Origin: Podarcis pityusensis
Lineage: Eukaryota
Length of the DNA stretch: 64,000 bases
Reading direction: 5' to 3' (one strand)
NCBI GenBank assembly: GCA_964106645.2
Contig: OZ067042.1
Positions 1 through 10,645 of the stretch are shown here, piece by piece. The position numbers were made by a program, and so were the translations under genes. Below the pieces are notes generated by a model that saw only the letters and a list, made by a program, of their open reading frames with translations, made no database searches and was not told the DNA's origin. Numbering within the stretch: position 1 is the first letter of the stretch; each line of letters opens with the position of its first letter.

Positions 1-86
1 CCCTGCCCAGTTTGCATCCTACAATTTGCCTAGTATAGATAATGACCACCTTATGGAGCATAGAGAGTGATTCTGTTTTGTTCAGA

Positions 87-250
87 GGGACCTGGATAGC
101 TCAGTTGGTTAGACCATGGTGCTGATAACACTCAAGGTTGCAGGTTCAATCCCTGTATGGACCAGCTGCATATTCCTGCATTGCAGGGGGTTGGACTAGA
201 TGATCCTCAGGGTCCCTTCCAACTCTACAGTTCTATGATTCTATGATTCT
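87..250 (+). mobile_element. tRNA-head SINE with CR1-type 3' tail
   Basis: tRNA-like A box (TAGCTCAGTTGGTTAGA) and B box (GGTTCAATCCC), then the CR1 3' end GGACTAGATGATC...CCTTCCAAC and an (ATTCTATG)n tail. A second, internally deleted copy lies at about 42711-42826. Confidence 0.8.
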
Positions 251-455
251 GTGACCTACAGTATAAAATTTCTGTACAGTCTATCCTCTCATCAGGAATA
301 AAGTTGCCTTACTGATAATGCAGGGAGAATTTTCATTCATGGCAAGAGGAGACAGTGCTCAGGTCCTAATAGGCAACTGGTTGGCCACTGAGTAGTATGC
401 TGAACTAGATGGGCCATTGGCCTGATGCAGCAGGCTTTCCTTATGTTTCTTCTTA

Positions 456-810
456 AAGGTACCCCTGCCCGTACGGGCCAGTCTTGACAGACTCTAGGGT
501 TGTGCGCTCATCTCACTCTAGAGGCCGGGAGCCAGCGCTGCCCGCAGACACTTCTGGGTCACGTGGCCAGCATGACGAAGCTGCTCCGGCGAACCGGCAC
601 CAGAGCAGCACACGGAACGCCGTTTACCTTCCCGCTAAAAAGCGGTACCTATTTATCTACTTGCACTTAATTGTGCTTTCAAACTGCTAGGTGGGCAGGA
701 GCTGGGACCGAAAGACGGGAGCTCACCCCGCCGCGGGGATTCGAACCGCTGACCATGCGATCGGCAAGTCCTAGGCACTGAGGTTTTACCCACAGCGCCA
801 CCCGCGTCCC
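456..810 (-). mobile_element. Sauria SINE, full length, young
   Basis: Minus strand starts GGGACGCGGGTGGCGCTGTGGG and ends in an ACCTTT tail. Exact 12-bp TSD TGTTTCTTCTTA at 444-455 and 811-822. Confidence 0.92.
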
Positions 811-1407
811 TGTTTCTTCTTAGGGGTGCTTTAAAGGTAAAGGAAGGGGCACGCAACTTTAGAAGTGTGGGGCTGGACCTTTTCATATCTAACAACCACC
901 CTTTCATCTGGAAACAAGAGGTGCCTACCAGGTAAAAAGCGGTTGTGCGTTTCTGCATTCCCAAGCTGGTGTGGGGAGAAGCCAAGGAAAAGCAATGAGT
1001 TTCAGATGTAACCCAAGGGCTCCAAAGCAAGTGTGAATAGGAGTGCAGCCTTAAAGGTTCTGAGCACAGTGTATCTCTCTTGTACACTGATCTATGCACA
1101 TGTGGGATTTCCTTGCCAACAGCACACCTCTGTGTGTAGATGAGTATACAAGGAAGGGAAGTGCTAGGTACTCAAGATGTCTGGATATTTAGTTTTGAAA
1201 AGCATCTCTCGTAAGTTGAACATCAAAAGCTAAAACTCTAAAATTCTAAAAATTCCTGAATTTTGAAAGACATTTTTTTATTGTATTTGAGAACACAATT
1301 TTTCTGTAATTCTGAAATGGGCAAAAAATGCATTTTTAAAAGTATTTTAATAGGATTCTTGTCATTTGTTTCTCTATAAATAGTCGGCAGATCCTTTGCC
1401 AACAAAG

Positions 1408-1490
1408 ATGCAGAGCGGTGATGAAAGAGACCATGGTGATGTTCCAGATGCAAAGCCAGATAGAAGACAGCGATCTTCACTCTTTTCAAA
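1408..1490 (+). CDS. CASP7: Caspase-7 first coding exon in window (prodomain)
   Basis: MQSGDERDHGDVPDAKPDRRQRSSLFS(K) resembles caspase-7 DSVD/AKPDR...SLFSKK. Acceptor TAG 1381-1383, donor GTAAGG 1491, phase 2. The frame is open back to the acceptor (SADPLPTK), so the true start may be upstream. Confidence 0.85.
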
Positions 1491-2948
1491 GTAAGGCACA
1501 TGTTTGTTAGCTTGTCCAAAAGAAATTTATCTTGACTTTATTCTGGATCCACTGATAGAATTATAATGGAAATAGCATTGGTTGTGCAACAAGTTTCTGC
1601 CAGTGCAGCTGTTGTGTTTGGTTCCTCTGCTGTGCAGCCTTCAAACTCAGCCGTCCAATAGCACAAAAGGAAGATAGCATTGCATACAGACCTATAAATG
1701 CACTACATACTAGAAATGAACCTTACGCCTGTTCCACATGGGGGGGGAATCTTATAATTTAAACTTTTCCTTTTCCTTTTAAATTGAATTCTGAATATTA
1801 AATTCCAAGAATAGCTGTTAATTATATTTTATATTCATAACCATTGTCAGTCCCAAGTGGATGTTTACTTCAGTTAAATTATTCACAGTATTCATTCACG
1901 AGTTAATATAAGCTTGTTTGTTAAGGGTGGAGAAACAACACAAGTGGATTGGGTGGGGCACTCTACCTGACTTCCACTGGTTATGATCGCTAAGATTTGG
2001 CCAACTGGACATGATTGGCTTCTATTTTTAAAAGAGCAAATATTGGGAACCTGTAGTGCAGCCTATTTTAATTGGTATGTGTGTATGTTTAATTTCTGTT
2101 ATCAAGTGGCAGCAAGTTTGTGCATTTTGTATGTGTCTGCCTTTAGGGATTCTCGAAATCATGGTAATATTTTTTTTTACCTATAAGAGGTCAAATTAAA
2201 TGCTAGTATGTGGATTACTCAACTTTAGTAGATAGAAAAGTATAATGATTGTTAACAAGGAATAACGTTTTAGGTTTCAAAAGAAGGTGAACCTAGTACA
2301 GTAGTGTGTTCTCATTCACTTTCTATTGACTTCTGATCATGCTGCATCTGTAAGAGGCAGGTGAGTGAGTACCTGTTTAAAACATGGTTAGAGAGCTAGA
2401 GAGAGAGAGATTATGATGCATTTCCCTGGCTTTGTCTCCTCCCATGTGGGAATATCTCAAGAAAGGAACCAGTGAAATAAAGTTGACTGCCACACTTTTG
2501 TATCCAGTCCAAACTGTGAGGCTGGGCCTTGCCTTAAATACTTAATACGCCAGTGCCTTCCAAACTCCTCCCCACACCTCATGGACCGCTTGTACATTGC
2601 TCAGGGTCTTAGCAGACTACTTATTTTTCTGCCTATTGTAGTAATTGTAATGCACTAGTCTAGATACTGTTTATGTTCAAGTGTATTTTCGTTTCTGCCT
2701 TCATTTCTTACAGATTGTATTTTATTGTGGTACAATTTGAATTCCGCTAAATTCAAATTGTAATTAAATGAAAAACGATACGAGAAATAAAAGAAGCAAT
2801 AAATATACAATTAAAATTTAATGAATACTTAATGCGATGGATGTGCTGTCTCTGGTCTTCGAGTACAAAACCACAGACAGCACTGCAGACACTTGAGCAA
2901 AGCTCCCAGATCACAATTTGGGAATCCTCATCATAGTTTGCTCCCCCT

Positions 2949-2951
<3 letters not shown>

Positions 2952-3010
<59 letters not shown>

Positions 3011-3011
3011 A
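2952..3011. repeat. Compound microsatellite (CT)n(CA)n
   Basis: Seen directly. Confidence 0.95.
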
Positions 3012-3246
3012 CTTGGACACCAGAGCTCACGTTTCTTTTTATAGTGCAGGAGTGGGGAGCGTGTGGCCCTCCAGATATTGCTGAACTACAGTTCACATCT
3101 GGACCAGGCTAGGCCCTGATGGGTGGTTGTATCCAACATCTTGGGCTCTCTGTCTTTGGTTTAGTTTTAAGGCAAAATTGCTGTATTTTGAGAGAAGTCG
3201 TCTACTGATTGGATTGAATTTTTAAACAAACCTGTATATCTTCTTC

Positions 3247-3260
3247 CCACTAGATGGCAG
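3247..3260 (+). promoter_or_regulatory. Candidate CTCF core motif
   Basis: CCACTAGATGGCAG matches the CCACYAGRKGGC core. Motif match only. Confidence 0.4.
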
Positions 3261-4398
3261 ATGAATATAACTTTTTGCTTGTTAGATGTCATAAGATCTT
3301 TGAGATCTGTTTTTACTTGTCACAGCTTAAAAGTTAATGCTTATTGTATTACATTACTGTAAATGTCACTGAAAGTACAATGAGAAAACAGAAGGTGAGG
3401 AAGATTTGGCAGCAGGGGGGAATCTTTTGACATTAATTTCCTTCTGTTGGATTCCATTATCTTTCTTTCATTTAGATTAAATCAGACTAATGGTTCTGCT
3501 CCACAGTTCTGTGGGCCAATCAACATAGTGCTCTCAGCATAATTCAATGAGGGTTGATAAAATGTGCAGTGAGGCACATTTAGCATGTCACAAGCAGTCC
3601 ACTTCTAGAGCGTTTATTACCTGATGGTGTGTATGGGGCCAAATTATTGGTACACAGTGAAACCATTCTGCGACCACATTGCCACAAGATTAATTGCAGC
3701 CAGAGTGAGGCAACTCATATTTCATCACAAGGATAGGTGAATCTACAAGTATACACACTCCAAATAAGAAATTGTCTCTTAGATTACATCCAGTATTGCG
3801 ATTTGTGTTGGTGATTCGTTGACATTCCAAGAACAGCATTATTAAGCACATTTCAACTAACTTAAAGGCATTTGACTTCAATGTTAGTTGGATCCACAGC
3901 ATGTACACCCAATTAGGGATCTTAGATATGCACTTTTTCCCTACCATGCCTACACCATGCACATGGCATGTACACACACCTGTGTCACAAGCTGTCTTTT
4001 CCATTGTTTTTCATCTGGGGCGGGGAGTAAAAAAGAGTCAGAATTCTTACAAACTCGGTATGTAAGTGCGCCTGGACATTTATTTTATTGTTTGCATTTA
4101 TATTTTTTTTTAAAAAATATATTTATTGGGGTTTACAATAAAAATAAATATAATGAACAGTATAACAAATATCTTAACATAATTTCACATTTTCTTTGGA
4201 CTTCCTCACATCTCCCGCTCCCACTTTCATCATTATAACTTTTTACCAGCAATTTATTATCTTATTTGCATTCTTATATCCCATCTATGTATTTATAATC
4301 TTATAATTCTCAAAAAGGTTTATATTTTCTCAATCTCACTTATTATCTTAAATCTTCTAAGTTAGTGGTGCTCAATTATTTATGATCTAGCATCCTGC

Positions 4399-7300
4399 TT
4401 AACATTCACTCAAATTACAATGTTTTTGTAAATAATTCTTAAATTTCTTCCAGTCCTCCTCCATCTTCTCTTCTCCCAGGTCACGGATTCTGCCGGTCAT
4501 CTCGGCCAGTTCCATATAGTCTATCAGTTGCATCTGCCATTCTTCCAGTGTGGGTAGATCTTGAGTTTTCCAGTGCTTTGCGAGAAGTATCCTTGCTGCT
4601 GTTGTTGCATACATAAAAAATGTCCGGTCCTTCTTTACCACCCCTTGGCCGACAATACCCAAAAGAAAGGCCTCTGGTTTCTTTGTGAAGGTATACTTAA
4701 ATACCTTTTTCAAAATAAAAAAATTCCTTCCTGTAGCACCTTAAAGACCAACTAAGTTAGTTCTTGGTATAAGCTTTCGTGTGCATGCACACTTCTTCAG
4801 ATACCTCTTCTTCAGATACTTCTTCAGATGCATGCACACGAAAGCTTATACCAAGAACTAACTTAGTTGGTCTTTAAGGTGCTACAGGAAGGAATTTTTT
4901 TATTTCGACTATGGCAGACCAACACGGCTACCCATCTGTAACTGATACCTTTTTCAGTTCATTATAAATCATTTCCCAGAACGCCTTCACTTTAGGGCAG
5001 GTCCACCAGAGGTGGAAGAATGTTCCTTCACTCTCTTTACATTTCCAGCACTTATTATCAGACAGGTGGTATATTTTTGCAAGTTTGACTGGGGTCATAT
5101 ACCATCTATATATCATTTTCATTACATTTTCTTTCAAAGCATTACATGCAGTAAAATTCAACCCAGTACTCCACAACCTTTCCCAGTCCTCAAACATGAT
5201 ATTATACCCAATGTCCTGCGCCCACCTTATCATAGCCGATTTCACCATTTCATCTTGTGTATTCCATTTTAACAGCAAGTTATACATCCTTGAAAGTACC
5301 TTAGACTTTGGTTCTAACAGTTCTGTTTCTAGTTTCGATTTCTCCACCTGGAACCCTAGTTTCTTGTCATTTTTAAAGACTTCTTTAATCTGAGCGTAAT
5401 GTAACCAGTCTCGCACTTTATCCTTCATTTTCTCCAAACTCTGCAATTTCCAGTTGTCTCCATCTTTTTCTAGTATTTCCCAATATTTTGGCCATTTAGC
5501 CTCCATATTGGGTCTTTTTCGGGCCTTAGCTTCCAAGGGTGAAAGCCACCTTGGAGTTTTGTTTTCCAACAAGTCTTTATATTTTGTCCAGACATTAAAC
5601 AGTGATTTTCTGACAATATGGTTCTTAAAGGCCTTATTTGCTTTAACCTTGTCATACCATAAGTATGCATGCCATCCAAAAGTATTGTTAAACCCTTCCA
5701 AGTCCAACACGTCAGTGTCTTCAAGAAGTAGCCAGTCTTTTAGCCAGCAGAACGCTGCGGCCTCATAATACAACTTTAGATCTGGCAGGGCAAAGCCCCC
5801 TCTTTCTTTCTCATCAGTTAATATCTTAAACTTAATTCTGGGCTTTTTGCCCTGCCAGACAAACTTAGAAATATCTCTCTGCCACTTCTGAAAGCACTCC
5901 GTCTTATCCAAAACCTGAAGTGTTTGAAACAAAAACAACATCTTTGGCAATACATTCATCTTGATAGCAGCAATTCGGCCTAACAAAGAAAGTTTCAATT
6001 TTGTCCAACTGTCTAAATCTCTCTTAATTTCTGCCCAACACTTTTCATAGTTGTCCTTAAATAGACTTAGATTTTTTGCTGTTATGTTTACCCCTAGGTA
6101 TTTTACTTTTTTAACCACATTAAGTTCTGTCTCTTTCTGAAACCGTTCTGACTCTGTATCTGTCAGGTTTTTCCCCAAAACCTTAGTTTTCTGTTTATTT
6201 AATTTGAATCCCGCCACCCGACCAAAATCATGAATCAGTTGTAATACTCTTTTCGTACTAGACTCTGGCTCCTGCAGGGTCAAAACCAGGTCATCTGCAA
6301 AGGCTTTTAATTTATATTGTTTCTGTCCGACCTGAATTCCTTCCACCAACCGGTCCCCTCTAATCATATTCAATAGCACTTCCAGAACCGAAATAAATAA
6401 CAAAGGGGAAATAGGGCAACCTTGTCGTGTTCCTTTTTCAATTTTAAACTCCTCTGTAACCACATTGTTAACTATCAGTTTAGCTTTCTGCTCTGAATAT
6501 ATCGCCTCAATCCCATTCTCAAAACCCCGTCCCACTCCCATTTCTTTTAAGTTTCCCATCATAAATTTCCAGGAAATGTTGTCAAAGGCCTTCTCCGCGT
6601 CTATAAAAATTAAAACTGCTTTTGTGTTTATATCTGTTTGCAAAAGTTCCAAAATGTCAATAATGTTCCTTGTGTTAGCAAACAAATGTCTGCCTGGGAG
6701 AAAGCCTGCCTGGTCCTTGTGAATTACTTCATTTAAAACTTTTTTAAATCTACTTGCCAAAATGTCTGCAAATATTTTGTAATCCACATTTAAAAGAGAA
6801 ATGGGACGATAGTTCTTAAGTTGTGTCTTTTCAGCTTCCGTCTTTGGTATCAATGTGATAAACGCTTCCTTCCACGACTCCGGTGCCCTCTTCCCCTCCA
6901 TAATTTCATTGCTGACCTCCATCAAAGGTTGTATCAAGTAATCTTTTAATGTCTTATAGTACTTGGAGGTCAGCCCATCTGGCCCTGGAGATTTGCCCAA
7001 TTGCATGTTCTGAATGGCCTGTTCAATCTCTTGTCGTGTTATTTTACAGTTCAGGATTGTCTTATTTTCTTGTGACAATTTTGGTAATCCATTTTTTGCC
7101 AAAAATTGTTTAATCTCAACTTCGTCTTGCGGCCCTTGCGTGTATAATTTTTTAAAATATCTCTGGAAACACTTTCTAATGTCCACGGGATTCTGGATGT
7201 TTCTTCCTTCAATCTCTAAATTTGTAACCGTATTTAATCTTTGTCTTCTCTTCAACTGCCAAGCTAGCAGTTTCCCACATTTATTCGCCGACTCAAACGT

Positions 7301-8383
7301 TTTTTGTTTCATTAATTTGACCTTCCACTCTATTTCCTGATTTATCAATTTAGAATATTGTGCTTGATAGAGTTTGATTTCTCTCAGAATTGGCTGTGAC
7401 TTCGGGTTTAATCTTAGCTTCTTCTCTAGTTCTTTTATTTTGTCCAGAATCTTATCTTTTTTCTCATTTTGTGTCCTTTTCTTTACTGCATTCTGTTGTA
7501 TCAAGAATCCCCTCATAACGGCTTTACTTGCGTCCCAGACGATTCTTTTTTCCACCGTGGTGTTCATATTTATCTCAAAATAGTCCTTCAAAGCTTTTTG
7601 GGCCTTCTTGGTGATTTCCTGATCTCTGAGTAAATTGTCATTCATCTTCCATCTAAAAGAGCCGGTTGGTAACAGTGTCATGTCCATCTTTACTGCATTA
7701 TGGTCGGAGCAGGTCTTTGGGCAGATTTCCACTTTTCTAGCCTTAGGTGCCAGGCCTCTAGATATCCATATTTGGTCGATTCTTGTCCAGGTCAGTTGGG
7801 CTTCAGAAAAGAATGTTCCCTCTCTTCCCAGGGGGTTCTTTGTCCTCCAGATGTCAATCAAATCCATATTGTCTGTCATTTCAAAAAAAGTTTTAGGTAG
7901 TCTGCCGTCTTTTGTAAAATTTTGACTTTGTGACTTTTCCATGTTGGTTGATACTACCCCATTCATGTCTCCCATCATGATGATGTTGTTATAGTCCAGA
8001 TAATCCAGCATAGTCTCATGCAACTTCTTGTAGAATTCCGATTTCCCTTCGTTTGGTGCGTAAATTCCTAATATCAAAAGTTTCTCTCCTTGGTGTTGTA
8101 TCTCAATTGCCAAAATTCTTCCATGTTCATCTTTAAATAAGAATTTAGGTGACAGGCTCTCTTTCGCATATATCACCACACCTCTCTTCTTTACTCTGTC
8201 CGAAGATATAAATTCCAGGCCCAATCTTTTGTTTATTAACACTTTTCTGTGGAGCCTTGTCACGTGAGTTTCCTGTAAACAAATAATGTCCAATTGTTCT
8301 TTTTTTAATATATGAAATATTTTCTTCCTTTTTTCCGGAATGTTACAGCCATTTATATTCCAGCTCAAAAGTTGCAGAGACAT
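4399..8383 (-). CDS. L1 ORF2p (APE endonuclease, reverse transcriptase, Cys-rich C-terminus), interrupted by an insertion at 4713-4944
   Basis: SWNING, LQETH, GDMN and SDH (endonuclease); YRPISLLN, DAEKAFD, RQGCP and FADD (RT); CWKC..HLWWTC. Removing the insert and one TSD joins ...ELKKV to FKYTFTKK... and gives one 3741-nt frame (1246 aa). Confidence 0.93.
4713..4944. mobile_element. Penelope-like element pseudo-LTR fragment in inverted-repeat arrangement, nested in L1 ORF2
   Basis: Exact 12-bp TSD ATACCTTTTTCA (4701-4712 and 4945-4956). Perfect 77-bp inverted arms at 4713-4789 and 4829-4905. Motifs GTAGCACCTTAAAGACCAAC and CAGACCAACACGGCTAC are recognised from memory as reptile Penelope pLTR. 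Confidence 0.8.
4766..4805 (-). ncRNA. Minimal type I hammerhead ribozyme (Penelope pLTR type)
   Basis: Minus-strand RNA GGUAU-CUGAAGA-A-GUGUG(CAUG)CACAC-GAAA-GC-UU-AUACC. Helix I is GGUAU/AUACC, with CUGANGA and GAAA cores, helix II and a palindromic mini helix III (AGCU). Confidence 0.75.
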
Positions 8384-8398
8384 CCTGAATAAATCTGA

Positions 8399-9430
8399 TT
8401 ATTTCTCTAGGGGTGGTATCTTATTCACAGGATCTTCAGGTTCCACAGGTGCCGGTACCGCCGGTGCTCCAGGCCCAGAAGGTAGTTCAATTCCTTTTTG
8501 GAGGTCCTCTTCGTATGTAGACAGAAATTTGTCTCTCTCTTCCGGTGTTCTAATTTTGACCTTCTTCCCTCTAAAGGTAAAGGATATTCCTTGGGGGAAT
8601 TCCCACCTGAAAGCGATTGAGTTGCTCCTTAATAATTTAACAAGTTCAGAATAGGCGGCTCTAAGGTCCAACAGTTGTCTAGGAATATCTTTGTAGATTT
8701 CAATTCTTCTGTCCAGAATGTCCAGTGACTTTCCGTAGTGTAGGCCCAAAATCTTGTCCCTTTCCTCCTTTGATCTCAATGTTATCAGGCAGTCTCTGGG
8801 CCTCTCCTTCTTTATGAATCTTCCAAGCCTGAAAGCTGACACAATTTTAAAGTCCTTTTCCTCTAAATTCCAGAACTTGGAGAATTCTTTAGTTAAAAAC
8901 TCAGCTAGGTTGCCTTCTTCTGCTTCTTGTAACGACCTAATCCTTAGATTATTCTCACGGTTTCGCAGTTCTATCATAGAGAGATAAATCTGGTGTTCCC
9001 CCACTTGTTTGCTGAGTGGTCTTACCTCTTGTTCTAAGTTTTCTAGTTTTTGACTAGTGTCCTCAGCCAATTTCCGATTTTCTGCTGTGGCCTCCGTCAA
9101 ATGTCCAATTGCCTGTGTGTTCTGTGCAACTTGTCCAGTTAATTTATTTAGGCATTCTGTATTTTGATCAATCTTAGCTGTTTGCTCATCTGCTTTCTTA
9201 TCCAAAGCTTCCAATTTTTCATAAATTTTCTCTAGAATAGAAGCAGATGATCCTGAGGCCATATCTTCCAATTGTAACTGCTCTATTTCTCCCTCCTTTG
9301 CCTGTGGCAGAACGGCTTCTTCTACTTCTGAAGGCAGAGTAGGTACAGATGATCTACGTATCTGCGAGGCTGAGGTTAGGGTTGTCAAAGTTGTTTGTCT
9401 AGTTCTTCCTCTTCTTCTTGTGCCACTCAT
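8399..9430 (-). CDS. L1 ORF1p (coiled coil, RRM, CTD), 343 aa, intact
   Basis: Heptad-rich coiled coil followed by RENNLRIRSLQE, AFRLG, PRDCLI and IEIYKD, typical of the L1 ORF1/Transposase_22 family. Confidence 0.92.
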   Translation of the reverse strand: MSGTRRRGRTRQTTLTTLTSASQIRRSSVPTLPSEVEEAVLPQAKEGEIEQLQLEDMASGSSASILEKIYEKLEALDKKADEQTAKIDQNTECLNKLTGQVAQNTQAIGHLTEATAENRKLAEDTSQKLENLEQEVRPLSKQVGEHQIYLSMIELRNRENNLRIRSLQEAEEGNLAEFLTKEFSKFWNLEEKDFKIVSAFRLGRFIKKERPRDCLITLRSKEERDKILGLHYGKSLDILDRRIEIYKDIPRQLLDLRAAYSELVKLLRSNSIAFRWEFPQGISFTFRGKKVKIRTPEERDKFLSTYEEDLQKGIELPSGPGAPAVPAPVEPEDPVNKIPPLEK

Positions 9431-10466
9431 TCCAACGTTATCTAACAGTCAAGGTCACGCTGAGTTATTCCCATGGGAAAAAAGAGGCCCAGAGAGAACA
9501 AGCGGCCGGGAAATAGAAAGTAAATGTAAAGTCACTGTTTTAAATCTCCAATCCTCTAGAGGGAGCTTAAGATGTCTTTAGGGAAGAATTCTAATGTAAT
9601 TTAGAGTCTAATTTAATGTCCAAGAACCTTCAAATACAAATATTTAGCAGAGTTGATGTTAACAGTCACTTTGTTTCAAACAGTGCTTACTGGTCTTCAA
9701 AAGATGTTTCAAAATAGCAGGTCCAAATACCCTCAGATTGTTACAAGTTCTGATACACAATAGCCAAATCTGCAAAACTGACAGCTCAGTCTCTCAAAGA
9801 GCTCAGGCAGCTCCGGACCCTGGGTTTCTCCTTTCAATTGTAATTCCAATAGAAGAAAGATAAATCAAATGCAAATAAATAGTTCCAAGTCATAAACTTA
9901 AAAACTTTACTTTGTATAGCAGATTCAGTGGGTGCTCAGATCAATAAGGTTGAAAGTTCTTTTTAAGCCTCCACTCCTCCAGCTCTTTGCTTTTTAAAGT
10001 TCAATGGCAGCGGAAGACGGACTTCCTGTTTCCACGTCTCTCCGCTTTCAGCCAAATTCAATATTTTAAATTTCAGCTTTTAGTCTCAGATTGAAGTATT
10101 TCAGTCTTTACTCACAAATAAGTTGTTGTTTTCTTCCGGATCCAAAGTTTGCAGGAAAAGGGATCAGCGCTCACCGGCAGCAGCAGCGCGGCTTCGCTCC
10201 GCAGATCGTGAAACGGCTCTCAGCGCCGCAACCCCCCTCTACGTTCCGGAGCCCCTTACGGGGTTCCTTTACCGCTTAGGGGGTTGCTTCTGGCGCCCAC
10301 CGAGCCTCAGGACCACAGGCTCTTGCTGCCTGTGGGTTTCCAACGTGGGTCTCCGCTTCGCCGTAGCGGACGATCCTTTTCTGCGGAGCCTCCTCCTCGC
10401 TAGTGGAAGAGGACCGCCATTGCCGTTCGCGCCGCCCCCGGAAGTCCCTATTGTTTGCATTTATAT

Positions 10467-10645
10467 CCCACCTTTCCTTTAAGGAGCTCACAAGGCTCTC
10501 CCCTTCTCCATTTTTATCCTCACGACAACCCTGTGAGGTAGGTTAGACAGAGCTAATGACTGGCCCAATTCATCCAGTGAGTTGCATGGCTGAGAAGATT
10601 TGAAACTTGGGTCTCCTAGGTAAGAATTCACCTCTACACCACCTT
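10467..10645 (-). mobile_element. Old MIR/CORE-like SINE (target of the L1 insertion)
   Basis: ATCCTCACGACAACCCTGTGAGGTAGG...TGACTGGCCCAA...ATTTGAAACTTGGGTCTCC. A related copy lies at about 37455-37640. Confidence 0.7.

Larger units (their letters stand above)
4104..10448 (-). mobile_element. Full-length L1 (LINE-1 clade) retrotransposon, antisense in CASP7 intron
   Basis: Exact 18-bp TSD TATTGTTTGCATTTATAT (4086-4103 and 10449-10466). CpG-rich 5' end GGGACTTCCGGGGGCGGCG, about 1 kb 5'UTR, ORF1, 15-nt spacer, ORF2, AATAAA (minus strand, about 4122-4127) and a short A tail. Confidence 0.96.

Noticed and set aside
87-165. tRNA-like sequence (also about 42711-42785 and the heads of other SINEs)
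   Set aside because: It runs directly into SINE body and LINE-type tail and has degenerate stems, so it is a SINE head, not a tRNA gene.
2753-3112. ORFs with ERER/THTH/CVCV repeats
   Set aside because: Translations of a microsatellite.
5012-8987. Many plus-strand ORFs overlapping L1 ORF1/ORF2
   Set aside because: Antisense shadows of a long coding frame with no recognisable protein features.
10123-10482. 119-aa antisense ORF in the L1 5'UTR (ORF0-like?)
   Set aside because: It starts at TTG, runs out through the TSD into flanking DNA, and is expected by chance in GC-rich sequence.
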